NCBI GenBank assembly: GCA_021772535.1
Contig: JAJFLV010000175.1
Coordinates: forward strand, 1,021-65,020
Length of the DNA stretch: 64,000 nt
Direction of reading: 5' to 3'
Source of the DNA: Opitutales bacterium
GTDB taxonomy: Bacteria > Verrucomicrobiota > Verrucomicrobiia > Opitutales > UBA2987
Within the stretch, counting starts at the first letter, position 1; each line of letters starts with the position of its first letter. Below are positions 47,343-57,695 of the stretch, in pieces. The notes beneath the pieces are model-generated. The model made no database searches, was not told where the DNA came from, and was given only the letters and a program-made list of their open reading frames with translations. A program made the position numbers and the translations under genes.

Positions 47343-48185
47343 TTAACGTTTGACCCTGCGTCCGTCACGCCGGATGAGGATCATTTTATTGGAAGGTTTT
47401 CTCTTGGCCCGGGTGGGAAAGCCTTTGGACAGCTGCCCCCAAGGTGAGACCGGGTGGCCCCCGCCGGAGGTGCGGCCCTCGCCCCCGCCCATGGGGTGGT
47501 CCACAGGGTTCATGGCCACACCGCGGACACGCGGCCGGCGGCCCTTCCAGCGGTTGCGGCCTGCCTTGCCGATATTGGAGTGGCGGTGGCTGGCATTGCC
47601 AACCTCGCCTATAGTGGCACGGCCATTGGCGTTGACCAGACGGATTTCCCCGCTGGGCATCTTGATGGTGGCACGGTCGCCATCGATGTTGACAAGTTGG
47701 GCGCCCGTACCGGCCGAACGGGCCATTTGGGCGCCTTTGCCGGGTTGCAGTTCAATACAATGCACCTTGGTCGCCAGTGGAATAAAGCGTAAAGGCATGC
47801 TGTTGCCGATTTTAAACTCCCCGCCTTCTTTATAGTTTACCAAAGTATCGCCTTCCCGGATGCCCTGAGGGGCCAGGATGTAGCGCTTGTCCCCGTCGAG
47901 ATAGGCCAGCAAGGCAATATTGGCGGTTCGGTTTGGATCGTACTCGATGGTTTTGACCCGTGCCGGAACCTCAAACTTTAGCCGTTTAAAATCAATTTTG
48001 CGATAGAGCTTTTTGTGCCCGCCGCCGCGGCGGCGGGAGGTGATGCGCCCATAGCAATTGCGTCCACCGGTTCTTTTTTTGGACTCGGTGAGCCGTTTTT
48101 CCGGACGCTTTTTTGATACCACCCGCTTGTTCTTTAGGTGAAAGCGCTGTCCCGGGGTTAGAGGTCTCTGTTCAACTATTGGCAT
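47343..48185 (-). CDS. rplB: 50S ribosomal protein L2
   Basis: '[21 protein letters not shown]', 'IEYDPNR.A.IALL.Y.DG.KRYILAP', 'GN..PL..IP.G..VH.IEL.PGKGAQ.ARSAG', 'HPMGGGEGR'. Confidence 0.95.
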   Translation of the reverse strand: MPIVEQRPLTPGQRFHLKNKRVVSKKRPEKRLTESKKRTGGRNCYGRITSRRRGGGHKKLYRKIDFKRLKFEVPARVKTIEYDPNRTANIALLAYLDGDKRYILAPQGIREGDTLVNYKEGGEFKIGNSMPLRFIPLATKVHCIELQPGKGAQMARSAGTGAQLVNIDGDRATIKMPSGEIRLVNANGRATIGEVGNASHRHSNIGKAGRNRWKGRRPRVRGVAMNPVDHPMGGGEGRTSGGGHPVSPWGQLSKGFPTRAKRKPSNKMILIRRDGRRVKR

Positions 48186-48245
48186 CGCAAATTTTTTCCT
48201 GTTTTCCTGGTTGTCGAAAGGAAGGGGTGAAGAGGGATTTCAAAT

Positions 48246-48536
48246 TCAAATGACTTCGATTTGATTTCCTTCCTTAAGGGAAACGATAGCTTTTTTGACA
48301 CCGGCTTTGTGGCCCAAACGGCCACGGCGGGCGCGGTCCCTTTTGGCTTTGGGTTTGATGTTGATGACGTTGACTTTGGTCACGGCAACCCCAAAGGTTT
48401 TTTCCACCGCCTGTTTGATGCTGACCGTATTGGCTGACGGATGCACCTTGAAAGTGTACTTATTCTCATTGGAAGAAAGCTCGGTTGCTTTTTCCGTGAC
48501 GATGAATTCCTGCAATATGCGGTCGGCCTGTATCAT
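48246..48536 (-). CDS. rplW: 50S ribosomal protein L23
   Basis: 96 aa, '.TEK......N.YTF.V...ANK..IKQAVE..F.V.V..VN'. ATGA overlap with the rplD stop. Confidence 0.9.
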   Translation of the reverse strand: MIQADRILQEFIVTEKATELSSNENKYTFKVHPSANTVSIKQAVEKTFGVAVTKVNVINIKPKAKRDRARRGRLGHKAGVKKAIVSLKEGNQIEVI

Positions 48537-49177
48537 GACGAGGAGGAGGAAGAAGGCCCGCCAACGCGGGAGATTACGGTTTCAATGCCCGATTCGGTAA
48601 AAAGAAATTTATCGAACAGGCACAAATCATATGGGTTGAGGGAAGCGGCATCGGTCATCAGGATTCGGCTGATGTTTCGAGCCGCCATAATGGTGTCGTC
48701 GCTGAAATTATCGTCCACCAGGAGCACGTTGCCCTCGGGCAGCATTTTTTGAAGAAGGTTATTGAAATGGCGGGTTTTGGCCTCGGGCAGCTCAAATTGC
48801 TGGATAACCTCGATGTCGCCTTCGCTGGCCCTCTCGAAAAGGGCGCGGCCAAATGCCAGGGATTTCATTTTTTTATTAATCTTATGCCCGAAATCCCGTG
48901 GTCGCGGGCCGTGAACCACTCCGCCGCCACGCCAGATGGGGGAACGGCGGCTGCCCGCACGTGCCGAGCCGGTGCCTTTCTGGCGGTGCGGTTTTTTTCC
49001 GCTCCCGCTAACCTCGCTCCTCAGTTTTGTGCTGGCATTGCCTTGGCGCTGGTTGGCTTGAAAGGCGATAACTACCTGCCGTAGCGCTTGCACGCCCTTG
49101 TCTCCCTCGAATACAGGAATTTTGTAATCCTTTTCCCCGCTCGAGGCGCCGTCCGGTGTATAGTATCGCAATTTCAT
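48533..49177 (-). CDS. rplD: 50S ribosomal protein L4
   Basis: '.Q..R.GNASTK.RSEVSGSGKKP.RQKGTG.AR.GS.RSPIWRGGG.VHGPRPRD'. Ends in a poly-Ser run, GPSSSSSS. Confidence 0.95.
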   Translation of the reverse strand: MKLRYYTPDGASSGEKDYKIPVFEGDKGVQALRQVVIAFQANQRQGNASTKLRSEVSGSGKKPHRQKGTGSARAGSRRSPIWRGGGVVHGPRPRDFGHKINKKMKSLAFGRALFERASEGDIEVIQQFELPEAKTRHFNNLLQKMLPEGNVLLVDDNFSDDTIMAARNISRILMTDAASLNPYDLCLFDKFLFTESGIETVISRVGGPSSSSSS

Positions 49178-49203
49178 GGTTCGTAACTGGAGAAAAGGCG
49201 GTT

Positions 49204-49845
49204 TCAGGCAGATTTGCGGATCTTCTTGGCCGCGCGCAGAAGGATAGTTGCGCCGTTGGCGCCGGGTATACTACCTTTGACCAGGATGAGATTTTTTTCC
49301 TCTATAATCTTGATAATTTTAAGGTTTTGCACGGTGCGGCTCTTGGCGCCCATGTGGCCCGGCATTTTTCGGCCCTTGTAAACTTCTCCCGGCCATTGGC
49401 ACTGGCCATAGGAACCGCCCCGCCGGTGCATCATGGAACCATGGGAGTCGGGACCGCCAGAGAAACCCCAGCGCTTGACCACTCCCTGGAAACCGCGCCC
49501 CTTGGTTATGGCGATAACGTCCACTTTGGGCACATCGTTGAAACCGGCCACAGTTAGTATTTTCCCGTCTTTCAACGCCGGGTTTCCCGTGCAGCGAACT
49601 TCGGCCAGGCGGGCTGTGGGAGCGGATCCTGATTTTTTAAAATGACCCGTCATGGCCTTGTTGGTGCGAAAGGGCTTTTTGCTGCCAAAACCGAATTGAA
49701 TCGCATTATAACCGTCGCTCCGAGTAGTCTTCACTTGGGTGACGGGGCAGGGGCCAGCCTCGATCACAGTCACGGGGACGAGTTTGTTTTCCTCGTTATA
49801 GATCTGCGTCATACCGACTTTTTTGCCTAAGAGTGTGAAATTCAT
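49204..49845 (-). CDS. rplC: 50S ribosomal protein L3
   Basis: 'LGKKVGMTQI......VPVTV.EAGPC.V.Q.KT...DGY.A.Q.GF', 'V...TKGRGFQGV.KRW.F.GGP..HGS..HR..GS.G....PG.V.KG.KM.GHMG'. Confidence 0.95.
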   Translation of the reverse strand: MNFTLLGKKVGMTQIYNEENKLVPVTVIEAGPCPVTQVKTTRSDGYNAIQFGFGSKKPFRTNKAMTGHFKKSGSAPTARLAEVRCTGNPALKDGKILTVAGFNDVPKVDVIAITKGRGFQGVVKRWGFSGGPDSHGSMMHRRGGSYGQCQWPGEVYKGRKMPGHMGAKSRTVQNLKIIKIIEEKNLILVKGSIPGANGATILLRAAKKIRKSA

Positions 49846-49874
49846 GGGTTCAATTGGGCGTTAATGAAAAATTT

Positions 49875-50183
49875 TCAAACATTGATGGTGATGTCCACCC
49901 CTGCCGGAAGGTTGAGTTTTTTCAGCTCATCAACGGTTTGGGCAGTAGGTTCGATGATGTCAATGAGGCGCTTGTGAGTGCGCATTTCAAACTGCTCCAT
50001 GGACTTCTTGTCAACATGGGGAGAGCGATTGACAGTGATCTTTTCGATCCGGGTAGGTAGGGGGACTGGGCCGGAAACCTGCGCTCCGGAGCGCTTGGCC
50101 GTATCCACGATATCGGTCGCGGACTGGTCGATCACGCGGTAATCGTAGGCTTTCAGTTTGATGCGTATTCTCTGTTTGGGCAT
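49875..50183 (-). CDS. rpsJ: 30S ribosomal protein S10
   Basis: '.IRIKLKAYD...ID.S...[40 protein letters not shown]'. Starts 14 nt after the fusA stop. Confidence 0.95.
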   Translation of the reverse strand: MPKQRIRIKLKAYDYRVIDQSATDIVDTAKRSGAQVSGPVPLPTRIEKITVNRSPHVDKKSMEQFEMRTHKRLIDIIEPTAQTVDELKKLNLPAGVDITINV

Positions 50184-50197
50184 AAGTTTTGAAATTT

Positions 50198-52360
50198 TTA
50201 GGCTCGGGCCGGTTCGCGGGAAAAGGTTTCAACGATTTTCTGCTCCATGCGGGCCGGTACTTTTTCAAAATGAGCGGGCTCCATCGTGTAGGAGGCGCGT
50301 CCTTTGGAAAGGGAACGCACATCGGTGGCGTAACCAAACATGGTTTCCAGGGGCACGAAGGCGGTGATATTGGTCAGATTGCCTTTGGTTTCCATCCCTT
50401 GTATCTGCCCTCTGCGGCGGGTCAGGTCGCCCATGATGTCGCCCTGAGATTCCTCGGGAGTAGATACTTCCACCTTCATGATCGGCTCCAGAATAGCCGG
50501 ATTGGCCTTTTTCATGGCCTCCTTGAATGCGAATATCCCGGCCATTTTAAAGGCCAGTTCGGAAGAATCGACTTCGTGGAAGCTACCGAAAACGAGCCTA
50601 ACCCGAAAATCTATTACCGGATAACCGGCTACAATACCATTGAGGGCGCCTTCCTTGATGCCCATTTCGGTCGGCTTGATATATTCCCTGGGTATGACAC
50701 CGCCCACGATTTTATTTTCGAACTCGTAGCCTTCATTGCGTTGTAGCGGTTCGAGAACGATTTCAACGTGGCCATACTGTCCGCGGCCGCCGCTTTGCCG
50801 TATGAATTTTCCCGTCCCTTTGGCTGAGCGGAAAATGGTCTCCCGGTAGGCGATCTGGGGTTTGCCGGCATCAGCCTGTACCTTAAATTCACGGAAAAGC
50901 CGGTCGCGCAGGATTTCCAGGTGCAGCTCCCCCATTCCGGCGATGATGGTCTGGCCGGTTTCCTCGTCAGATTTAACCACAAAAGTTGGATCTTCCTCGG
51001 CCAGGCGCTGTAGAGCGAGGGAAAGTTTTTCCTGGTCCGCCTTGGTTGCCGGTTCGATCGACATGGAGATGACCGGATCCGGAAAAGTGGGCGGCTCGAG
51101 GCGCACGTTGAGGTTCCGGGTGCATAAAGTATCGCCGGTTACGATGTCCTTGGCCCCGATTATGGCGCAAATGTCCCCGGAATAGGCCACTTCGATGTCT
51201 TTGCGGGCGTCGGCCTTCATTACCATAAGGCGGCTGATGCGCTCTTTTCGGCGGGTGCGAGGATTGTAAAGGGTGCTGCCCTTTTTCAACTCCCCCTGGT
51301 AAACCCGGAAAAAGACCAGCTTGCCGACATAGGGGTCGGTCGCGAGCTTGAAGGCCAGACCAGCCAGATCGGCTGAATCGTCGGGTTTAATTTCGATTTG
51401 ACTCTCGCCATCATCCAGGTGTCCGACCATGGGGGGAAGGTCAAGGGGATTGGGCATGTAGTCCACAATGCAGTCCATGAGCATCTGCACGCCCTTGTTT
51501 TTAAAGGCGGTTCCGGGGATGACCCCTAGAAAATCGAGGGAAAGGGTGGCTTTGCGGACGGCGGCATTGATTTCATCTTCCTCAATTTCCGCCCCTTCGA
51601 GGAATTTTTCGGCCAGGGAGTCATCGAAATCGGCCAGGGCTTCGATCAAGGCTTCCCGGTATTTTTTGGAAAGTTCGAGCAGGTCGGAGGGAATTTCCGT
51701 CGTCTCGTAGTCCTTTCCCATGGGATCGTCCTCCTTGTGGTAGAGGAAGGCCTTCATCCGGATCAGGTCGATCAATCCGGCGAAACGATCCTCGGCCCCA
51801 ATGGGCAGAAAGAGCGGGTGGGCATTGCCACCCAGCTTGCTGCGGATATCCTCTACTGCTGCAAAAAAATCAGCCCCGGTTCGATCCATTTTATTGATGA
51901 ATGCAATCCGAGGCACATTGTATTTGTCCATTTGGCGCCAGACGGTTTCCGATTGCGGCTGCACACCGGCCACCGCACAAAATACGCCTACAGCGCCATC
52001 GAGAACCCGCAGGGAACGTTCCACCTCAGCGGTAAAGTCCACATGGCCGGGGGTGTCGATGATATTGATTTTATGTCTGATGCCGGCAAATGGGCCGTGT
52101 TCGTTCGTCCATTCACAGGAAATGGCGGCAGAGGTGATGGTTATGCCGCGTTCGCGTTCCTGTTCCATCCAGTCGGTAGTGGCGTTGCCGTCATGCACCT
52201 CGCCAATCTTGTGCACCACCCCGGTGTAATAGAGCATTCGCTCGGTGGTGGTGGTTTTCCCCGCGTCGATATGCGCCACAATACCGATATTGCGGGTATA
52301 TTCCAACGGGGTTCCGCGATCTTTGGAGTTCGCAGGGGAAATTGTCAGGGCATTGTTCAT
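50198..52360 (-). CDS. fusA: Elongation factor G
   Basis: '[24 protein letters not shown]', '[17 protein letters not shown]', '[26 protein letters not shown]' and downstream domains. ATG at 52360 (MNNAL). The ORF-track start would overlap rpsG. Confidence 0.95.
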   Translation of the reverse strand: MNNALTISPANSKDRGTPLEYTRNIGIVAHIDAGKTTTTERMLYYTGVVHKIGEVHDGNATTDWMEQERERGITITSAAISCEWTNEHGPFAGIRHKINIIDTPGHVDFTAEVERSLRVLDGAVGVFCAVAGVQPQSETVWRQMDKYNVPRIAFINKMDRTGADFFAAVEDIRSKLGGNAHPLFLPIGAEDRFAGLIDLIRMKAFLYHKEDDPMGKDYETTEIPSDLLELSKKYREALIEALADFDDSLAEKFLEGAEIEEDEINAAVRKATLSLDFLGVIPGTAFKNKGVQMLMDCIVDYMPNPLDLPPMVGHLDDGESQIEIKPDDSADLAGLAFKLATDPYVGKLVFFRVYQGELKKGSTLYNPRTRRKERISRLMVMKADARKDIEVAYSGDICAIIGAKDIVTGDTLCTRNLNVRLEPPTFPDPVISMSIEPATKADQEKLSLALQRLAEEDPTFVVKSDEETGQTIIAGMGELHLEILRDRLFREFKVQADAGKPQIAYRETIFRSAKGTGKFIRQSGGRGQYGHVEIVLEPLQRNEGYEFENKIVGGVIPREYIKPTEMGIKEGALNGIVAGYPVIDFRVRLVFGSFHEVDSSELAFKMAGIFAFKEAMKKANPAILEPIMKVEVSTPEESQGDIMGDLTRRRGQIQGMETKGNLTNITAFVPLETMFGYATDVRSLSKGRASYTMEPAHFEKVPARMEQKIVETFSREPARA

Positions 52361-52370
52361 CAAAAAATCT

Positions 52371-52841
52371 TTACCAACGTAAGTGGGCAAAAGCACGGTT
52401 GGACTGTGCCATGCGGTGGGTGTCATCCTTTTTCTTTACGATTTGCCCGGTGTTGTTGTAAGCATCGATGATTTCCTGGGCGAGCGCCTCCTTCATCGAC
52501 CCATTGCGCCCGCGGGCCGCATTGCGCAGCCACCGGAAGGCGAGACTCTGCTGGCGCTCGAATGAAATTTCCAGGGGAACCTGGTAGGTGGTGCCGCCGA
52601 CACGGCGGCTTTTTACCTCCAGTTTCGGGCGGATGTTTTCCAGGGCTCCCATGAGCAAGTCCACCGGGTCGCCCTTGCCGAGTTTTTCACTGACGCGCTC
52701 GAAGGCGCCATAAACGATGCTCTGGGCGGTCGTTTTCTTGCCGTCCAGCATGACAACGTTGATCAGGTGGCTGACCAGGGAACTGTTGTAGCGTGGTTCG
52801 GGAATTTTCTCCCTTTTGACTGCTCGACGTCTTCGCGACAT
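52371..52841 (-). CDS. rpsG: 30S ribosomal protein S7
   Basis: 'MSRRR.A.KR...P.P.Y.S.LV...IN..M..GKK..A..IVY.AF', 'LEV.SRRVGG.TYQVP.E......Q.LA.RWL..AAR', 'A.AH.RW'. Confidence 0.95.
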   Translation of the reverse strand: MSRRRRAVKREKIPEPRYNSSLVSHLINVVMLDGKKTTAQSIVYGAFERVSEKLGKGDPVDLLMGALENIRPKLEVKSRRVGGTTYQVPLEISFERQQSLAFRWLRNAARGRNGSMKEALAQEIIDAYNNTGQIVKKKDDTHRMAQSNRAFAHLRW

Positions 52842-52926
52842 GATAAATACAATACTGTCTGTTGCTGATCCCCTCCTTCGCCTTTTTGGTTAATGGCGAA
52901 GAATCGGAGAAACAAAAATTCACTTC

Positions 52927-53310
52927 CTATTTCTTGGCGTCCTTCGGCCTTTTAACACCGTATTTTGAGCGGCTGCGCCGGCGTTTATCCACTCCTAAGC
53001 AATCGAGTGTGCCACGCACGATATGGTAGCGTACGCCGGGCAGGTCCTTGACCCTCCCTCCACGCACCAGAACCACACTGTGTTCCTGTAGGCTGTGTCC
53101 TTCGTCAGGAATGTAGGCGATGACTTCGATGCCGTTGGTGAGGCGCACTTTAGCTACCTTGCGAATGGCCGAATTAGGTTTTTTAGGAGTGCGGGTCATC
53201 ACCTGTACGCAAACGCCGCGTCGAAACGCGTTGCCCTTGAGAGCGGGCGACTTCGATTTGCTCTTGATGATTTTCCGCGGTTTGCGGACAAGCTGATTAA
53301 TAGTAGGCAT
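52927..53310 (-). CDS. rpsL: 30S ribosomal protein S12
   Basis: 'MPTINQL.RK.R', 'SPAL...[60 protein letters not shown]'. Confidence 0.95.
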   Translation of the reverse strand: MPTINQLVRKPRKIIKSKSKSPALKGNAFRRGVCVQVMTRTPKKPNSAIRKVAKVRLTNGIEVIAYIPDEGHSLQEHSVVLVRGGRVKDLPGVRYHIVRGTLDCLGVDKRRRSRSKYGVKRPKDAKK

Positions 53311-53408
53311 GGGCCATAGGTGCTTTTCCGTGAAAAGCGAAAAAGGTAAATGTTCTTAACTGCAGTGCAAGAAGAATTTTTGAAAAAAGTTCAATAAAAA
53401 CCATTTCA

Positions 53409-53424
53409 CCCCGCACTTTCGGGG
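53409..53424 (-). terminator. Weak hairpin (CCCCG-AAAGTG-CGGGG on the mRNA strand) between rpoC and rpsL. Possible partial terminator or processing site.
   Basis: 5-bp GC stem read directly from the sequence. A U-run (GGUUUUUAUU) follows only after an 8-nt gap, so it is not a canonical intrinsic terminator. Confidence 0.25.
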
Positions 53425-53492
53425 CGAACCTCGAAAGCCTGGGCGATATAGTCTAAATTTAATGGTAGTCCGAGAGGGCTAGCGGGGGCTTT

Positions 53493-56400
53493 TCAACCCG
53501 CCTCCTGCGAACCTGTGAGCGCCTCGGCCATTTCCGGACCGAGAGTATTGATACGCAACCGCCGGTAGCGGGGCAGCCCGGTACCGGCCGGTATGAGATG
53601 CCCCATGATGACGTTTTCCTTGAATCCCTTGAGACGATCCTTTTTCCCCAAGGTGGCGGCATCGGTGAGGACTCGCGTGGTTTCCTGGAAGGAGGCGGCG
53701 GATATGAAGCTCTCCGTCTCAATGGAGGCCTTGGTTATGCCCAAAAGAATGGGTTCGCCTTCCGCCGGCATGCCGCCGGCATCGATAATCCGTTCGGTTT
53801 CATCCATGAAGTCCTGCTTGTCCACTTGTTCTCCCCAGAAAAATTCGGAATCTCCCGGCTCGGTAATGCGCACCTTGCGCAGCATCTGCGAAATGATAAC
53901 TTCAATATGTTTGTCGTTGATGACCACCCCCTGAAGCCGGTAAACCTTCTGAATCTCACCCAGCAGGTATTCTTGCAGGTGGTTGGGGCCCAGGATTTCG
54001 AGAATTTCATGGGGATCGCCGGAACCTTCCGTAAGATGTTGCCCCTTGTTCACGCGGTCGTCGATCTGAACGATAATGTGCTTGCCGTGAGGGATCAGGT
54101 GTCCTTCTTCCTGGCCGGATTCTTCATCGGTGACGATGAGCTTCTTTTTCCCGCGCACCATGCTTCCAAAAGATACGATCCCGTCAATTTTGGCCATTTC
54201 GGACGCTTCCTTGGGGCGGCGGGCTTCAAACAACTCTGCCACCCGGGGCAAACCGCCGGTAATGTCCTGGGTTTTGGAGGCTTGGCGGGGTGTTTTGGCC
54301 AAAAGAGCGCCCGGTTGAATGATATCGCCCTGGTTGACCACAATCTGAGCCCCGGTGGGAATCGAGTAGGTGGCAACCAGTTTTCCTTTGGTTGGGTTGG
54401 CTTTGGACCCGGCGGCTTCGTGGATCTGGATTATCGGGTTGAGGTCTTCCTTGTGCTCGATCACCACGGTGGCGATCTGGCCGGTTGCCTCGTCCAGCTC
54501 TTTCTTTACCGTCACGCCGGGGATCATATCATGGAAGACGATGATGCCGGCTTTTTCAGAAAGGATTGGCACATGGTGCGGGTCCCACATGGCCAGGACC
54601 GCGCCTATTTCAATCTGCTGACCATCGGGTACCGTTAATACGGAACCGGCAACAATGTTGTAGGTTTCCAGCTCTTTTTCGTCCTCATCGATGATTTGAA
54701 TGATTCCGGTTTTGTTGAGAACGATGCTGGCCCCATCATCAGTGGAGACCATGCGAAGCCCCCGATAGCGGACCGTGCCACCGTTCCGAACACGAATTTC
54801 CGGGATCTTGAATATCTGGCTGGCTATACCGCCGATATGAAACGTGCGCATGGTCAGCTGGGTTCCCGGTTCGCCGATGGATTGTGCGGCGATGATGCCG
54901 ACGGCTGCTCCAACCTCCACCAGTTTGTTCGTGCCAGGATTGATTCCGTAGGCCATGGAAGGCAGGTTGGAGCGGTGCATGTGGGTCAAGGGTGACATGA
55001 TTTTTACTCGATCAATACCACACTCTTCGATCCGGGCGGCAATTTCCTCTGTCACCAGCTTGCCGTTTCCGATGATTAACTGATCAGGATCGAGGGGATT
55101 GTAAATATCGTTGCTGACGCAGCGGCCCACGATTCGGTCGTAAAGGTTGATGATCTCGTCATCACCTTCGTTAATGGTTTGTTTCCAGATTCCGTCGCGA
55201 TTGCCGTCATCCTGGTCGGTGATAATAACATCCATGGCCACATCGCACAGTTTGCGTGTGAGATAACCGGCATCGGCCGTTTTCAGGGCGGTGTCGGCGA
55301 GGCCCTTGCGGGCCCCGTGGGTGGAAATAAAATACTCGAGCACGGAGAGTCCCTCGCGGAAAGAGGAGAGGATGGGTCTTTCAATAATTTCTCCCGAAGG
55401 CTTGGCCATGAGGCCGCGAGTGCCGCAAAGCTGGCGGACCTGCTGGCGGTTGCCCCGCGCTCCGGAGTCCATCATAAGGAAAACAGGATTGATTTCATCT
55501 TTGCCCTTGTTTTCCTCCAACCCGTTGTAAACCGATTTGGCAATTTCGTCGGTGGCGCTTGTCCAGGCATCGATAATCTTGTTGTAACGTTCCCCTGAAG
55601 TGATGATTCCCTTGCGGTATTGGCCCTCGATTTCTTCGATTTTTCCCCGTGCGGCTTGAATTATGACCGGTTTGTCCTGCGGGATGATCATATCGCCAAT
55701 GCCGATGGAAATGCCGGCCCCGGTGGCACTGTTGAAACCAAGCTCTTTAAGCGCGTCGAGAACCTCAACGGTGCCCTTTTTGCCCCCGGCAAGGTAGGTT
55801 TGTAAAATCAGGTCTCCCAGCTTCCCCTTGGGCACGGGGGCATTGATGAAGCCGACTTCCTCGGGCCAAATATCGTTGAATATAACGCGCCCGACGGTTG
55901 TGCGCAGGATTTTACGCGACTGGTTGCCGAAAAAGGTGTCCCTGCCGTAGTCGGGGTTGACGAACTCTATCCAGTCATGCTTTTTGAGAAGGCCGTCACC
56001 TTCTGCCAGAAGAACCTCCTGAGTATTGGTAAAGAGGGGCAGTCTTTGGTCTTTGGGCAAAGGCTTGCGCGGATCGAGGGTCAGATAATAGGACCCCAAA
56101 ACAATATCCTGGGAAGGTGTCAGGATGGGTTTGCCGCTGGAGGGCGAGAAGATGTTGTGGGTGGACATCATGAGGAGCTTGCACTCCATGACAGCCTCGA
56201 GAGACAAGGGAACGTGAACAGCCATTTGGTCCCCGTCGAAATCGGCATTGTAAGCGGTGCAAACCAGCGGGTGGATGCGGATGGCGTCTCCCTCGATGAG
56301 GACCGGTTCAAAGGCCTGGATAGAAAGCCGATGCAGGGTAGGGGCACGGTTGAGCAAGACAGGGTGTCCCTTGGTCACCTCTTCCAGAATATCCCACACC

Positions 56401-57626
56401 TCGGGCGATTTCTTTTCGATCATTTTGCGGGCGCCGCGGACGGTATGGACGAAACCAAGCTCCTTCAGGCGGCGGATGATGAAGGGCTCGAAAAGCACCA
56501 GAGCCATCTTTTTGGGCAGGCCGCACTGGTGAAGCTTTAATTCCGGACCGATCACGATAACGGAACGGCCGCTGTAATCGACGCGCTTGCCCAGTAAATT
56601 TTGTCGAAACCGGCCCTGTTTGCCTTTGAGCATGTCGCTGAGCGACTTGAGGGGGCGATTGCCCGCGCCGGTAACGGCTCGGCCATGCCGGCCATTATCG
56701 AAAAGAGCATCAACGGCTTCCTGCAGCATACGCTTCTCATTGTGGATGATAACGTCCGGTGTTTTTAGTTGAAGCAGGTTTTTGAGCCGATTATTACGGT
56801 TGATGACACGCCGATAAAGGTCGTTTAGGTCGCTTGTGGCAAAACGTCCGCCCTCTAAGGGAACGAGGGGCCGAAGGTCCGGCGGGATCACCGGAAGCAC
56901 TTCCAGTACCATCCAGTGGGGCGAGGTGTTCGATCCGATGAAACCGCCAATAACTTTGAGCCTTTTAGAGAGCTTTTTCTTGATTTGCTTGGATCGGGTG
57001 TTTTGCATTTGCTCATGCAATTCTTCCACCAGGGATGGCAAATCCATGCGGGACAGGACTTCCTGTAGGCCGATGGCGCCCATTTTAGCTTCAAAGGAGT
57101 CGTCCCCGTATTCCTCGATGGCCTGTAGGTATTCTTGCTCGGTCAGAAGCTGTTTTTCCTCTAGAGGCGTTTTCCCTGGATTGGTCACCAGGTAATTTTC
57201 ATAATAGATGACGCGCTCCAGATTGCGGGCGGTCAAGTCGAGGAGCAAACCCAGCCGGCTGGGCATGCTTTTGAGAAACCAGATATGGGAGACCGGCACG
57301 GCCAGCTCGATATGGCCCATGCGTTCCCGTCGCACACGGGAGACGGTTACCTCAACCCCGCAGCGGTCGCATACCACGCCCTTGTATTTAATGCGTTTGA
57401 ATTTTCCGCAGGCGCACTCGTAGTCGCGCACCGGACCGAAAATACGCTGGCAGAAAAGTCCGCCCGGTTCCGGTTTGAAGGTGCGGTAGTTGATGGTCTC
57501 AGGGTTTTTCACTTCCCCGCGGGACCAGGACCGGATCGTATCGGGCGAGGCTACCGTTATGGAAACGACATCAAACGACGGGTCCTTTTCGAGGCCGAGA
57601 ACTTCTCTAACTTCTTGTGTGCTCAT
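53493..57626 (-). CDS. rpoC: DNA-directed RNA polymerase subunit beta'
   Basis: Zinc motif '[23 protein letters not shown]', catalytic '[17 protein letters not shown]', and trigger-loop and clamp blocks. 1377 aa. Confidence 0.97.
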   Translation of the reverse strand: MSTQEVREVLGLEKDPSFDVVSITVASPDTIRSWSRGEVKNPETINYRTFKPEPGGLFCQRIFGPVRDYECACGKFKRIKYKGVVCDRCGVEVTVSRVRRERMGHIELAVPVSHIWFLKSMPSRLGLLLDLTARNLERVIYYENYLVTNPGKTPLEEKQLLTEQEYLQAIEEYGDDSFEAKMGAIGLQEVLSRMDLPSLVEELHEQMQNTRSKQIKKKLSKRLKVIGGFIGSNTSPHWMVLEVLPVIPPDLRPLVPLEGGRFATSDLNDLYRRVINRNNRLKNLLQLKTPDVIIHNEKRMLQEAVDALFDNGRHGRAVTGAGNRPLKSLSDMLKGKQGRFRQNLLGKRVDYSGRSVIVIGPELKLHQCGLPKKMALVLFEPFIIRRLKELGFVHTVRGARKMIEKKSPEVWDILEEVTKGHPVLLNRAPTLHRLSIQAFEPVLIEGDAIRIHPLVCTAYNADFDGDQMAVHVPLSLEAVMECKLLMMSTHNIFSPSSGKPILTPSQDIVLGSYYLTLDPRKPLPKDQRLPLFTNTQEVLLAEGDGLLKKHDWIEFVNPDYGRDTFFGNQSRKILRTTVGRVIFNDIWPEEVGFINAPVPKGKLGDLILQTYLAGGKKGTVEVLDALKELGFNSATGAGISIGIGDMIIPQDKPVIIQAARGKIEEIEGQYRKGIITSGERYNKIIDAWTSATDEIAKSVYNGLEENKGKDEINPVFLMMDSGARGNRQQVRQLCGTRGLMAKPSGEIIERPILSSFREGLSVLEYFISTHGARKGLADTALKTADAGYLTRKLCDVAMDVIITDQDDGNRDGIWKQTINEGDDEIINLYDRIVGRCVSNDIYNPLDPDQLIIGNGKLVTEEIAARIEECGIDRVKIMSPLTHMHRSNLPSMAYGINPGTNKLVEVGAAVGIIAAQSIGEPGTQLTMRTFHIGGIASQIFKIPEIRVRNGGTVRYRGLRMVSTDDGASIVLNKTGIIQIIDEDEKELETYNIVAGSVLTVPDGQQIEIGAVLAMWDPHHVPILSEKAGIIVFHDMIPGVTVKKELDEATGQIATVVIEHKEDLNPIIQIHEAAGSKANPTKGKLVATYSIPTGAQIVVNQGDIIQPGALLAKTPRQASKTQDITGGLPRVAELFEARRPKEASEMAKIDGIVSFGSMVRGKKKLIVTDEESGQEEGHLIPHGKHIIVQIDDRVNKGQHLTEGSGDPHEILEILGPNHLQEYLLGEIQKVYRLQGVVINDKHIEVIISQMLRKVRITEPGDSEFFWGEQVDKQDFMDETERIIDAGGMPAEGEPILLGITKASIETESFISAASFQETTRVLTDAATLGKKDRLKGFKENVIMGHLIPAGTGLPRYRRLRINTLGPEMAEALTGSQEAG

Positions 57627-57695
57627 GAATTTTATCGATGGATAATATGATTTTTAAAATTATTATAACACTATGGATGAAGGCGGTTTTCTTCT

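Noticed and set aside
48533-48560. Purine-rich GAGGAGGAGGAAG on the plus strand at the rplD/rplW junction considered as a Shine-Dalgarno for rplW
   Set aside because: The genes are on the minus strand. On the mRNA the sequence reads UCUUCCUCCUCCUCG (anti-SD-like, encoding the poly-Ser tail of L4), so it cannot act as an SD.
53409-53424. Hairpin after rpoC considered as a strong intrinsic terminator separating rpoBC from the str operon
   Set aside because: The stem is only 5 bp and the U-run is displaced by 8 nt. I kept it as a low-confidence feature and do not claim it as an operon boundary.
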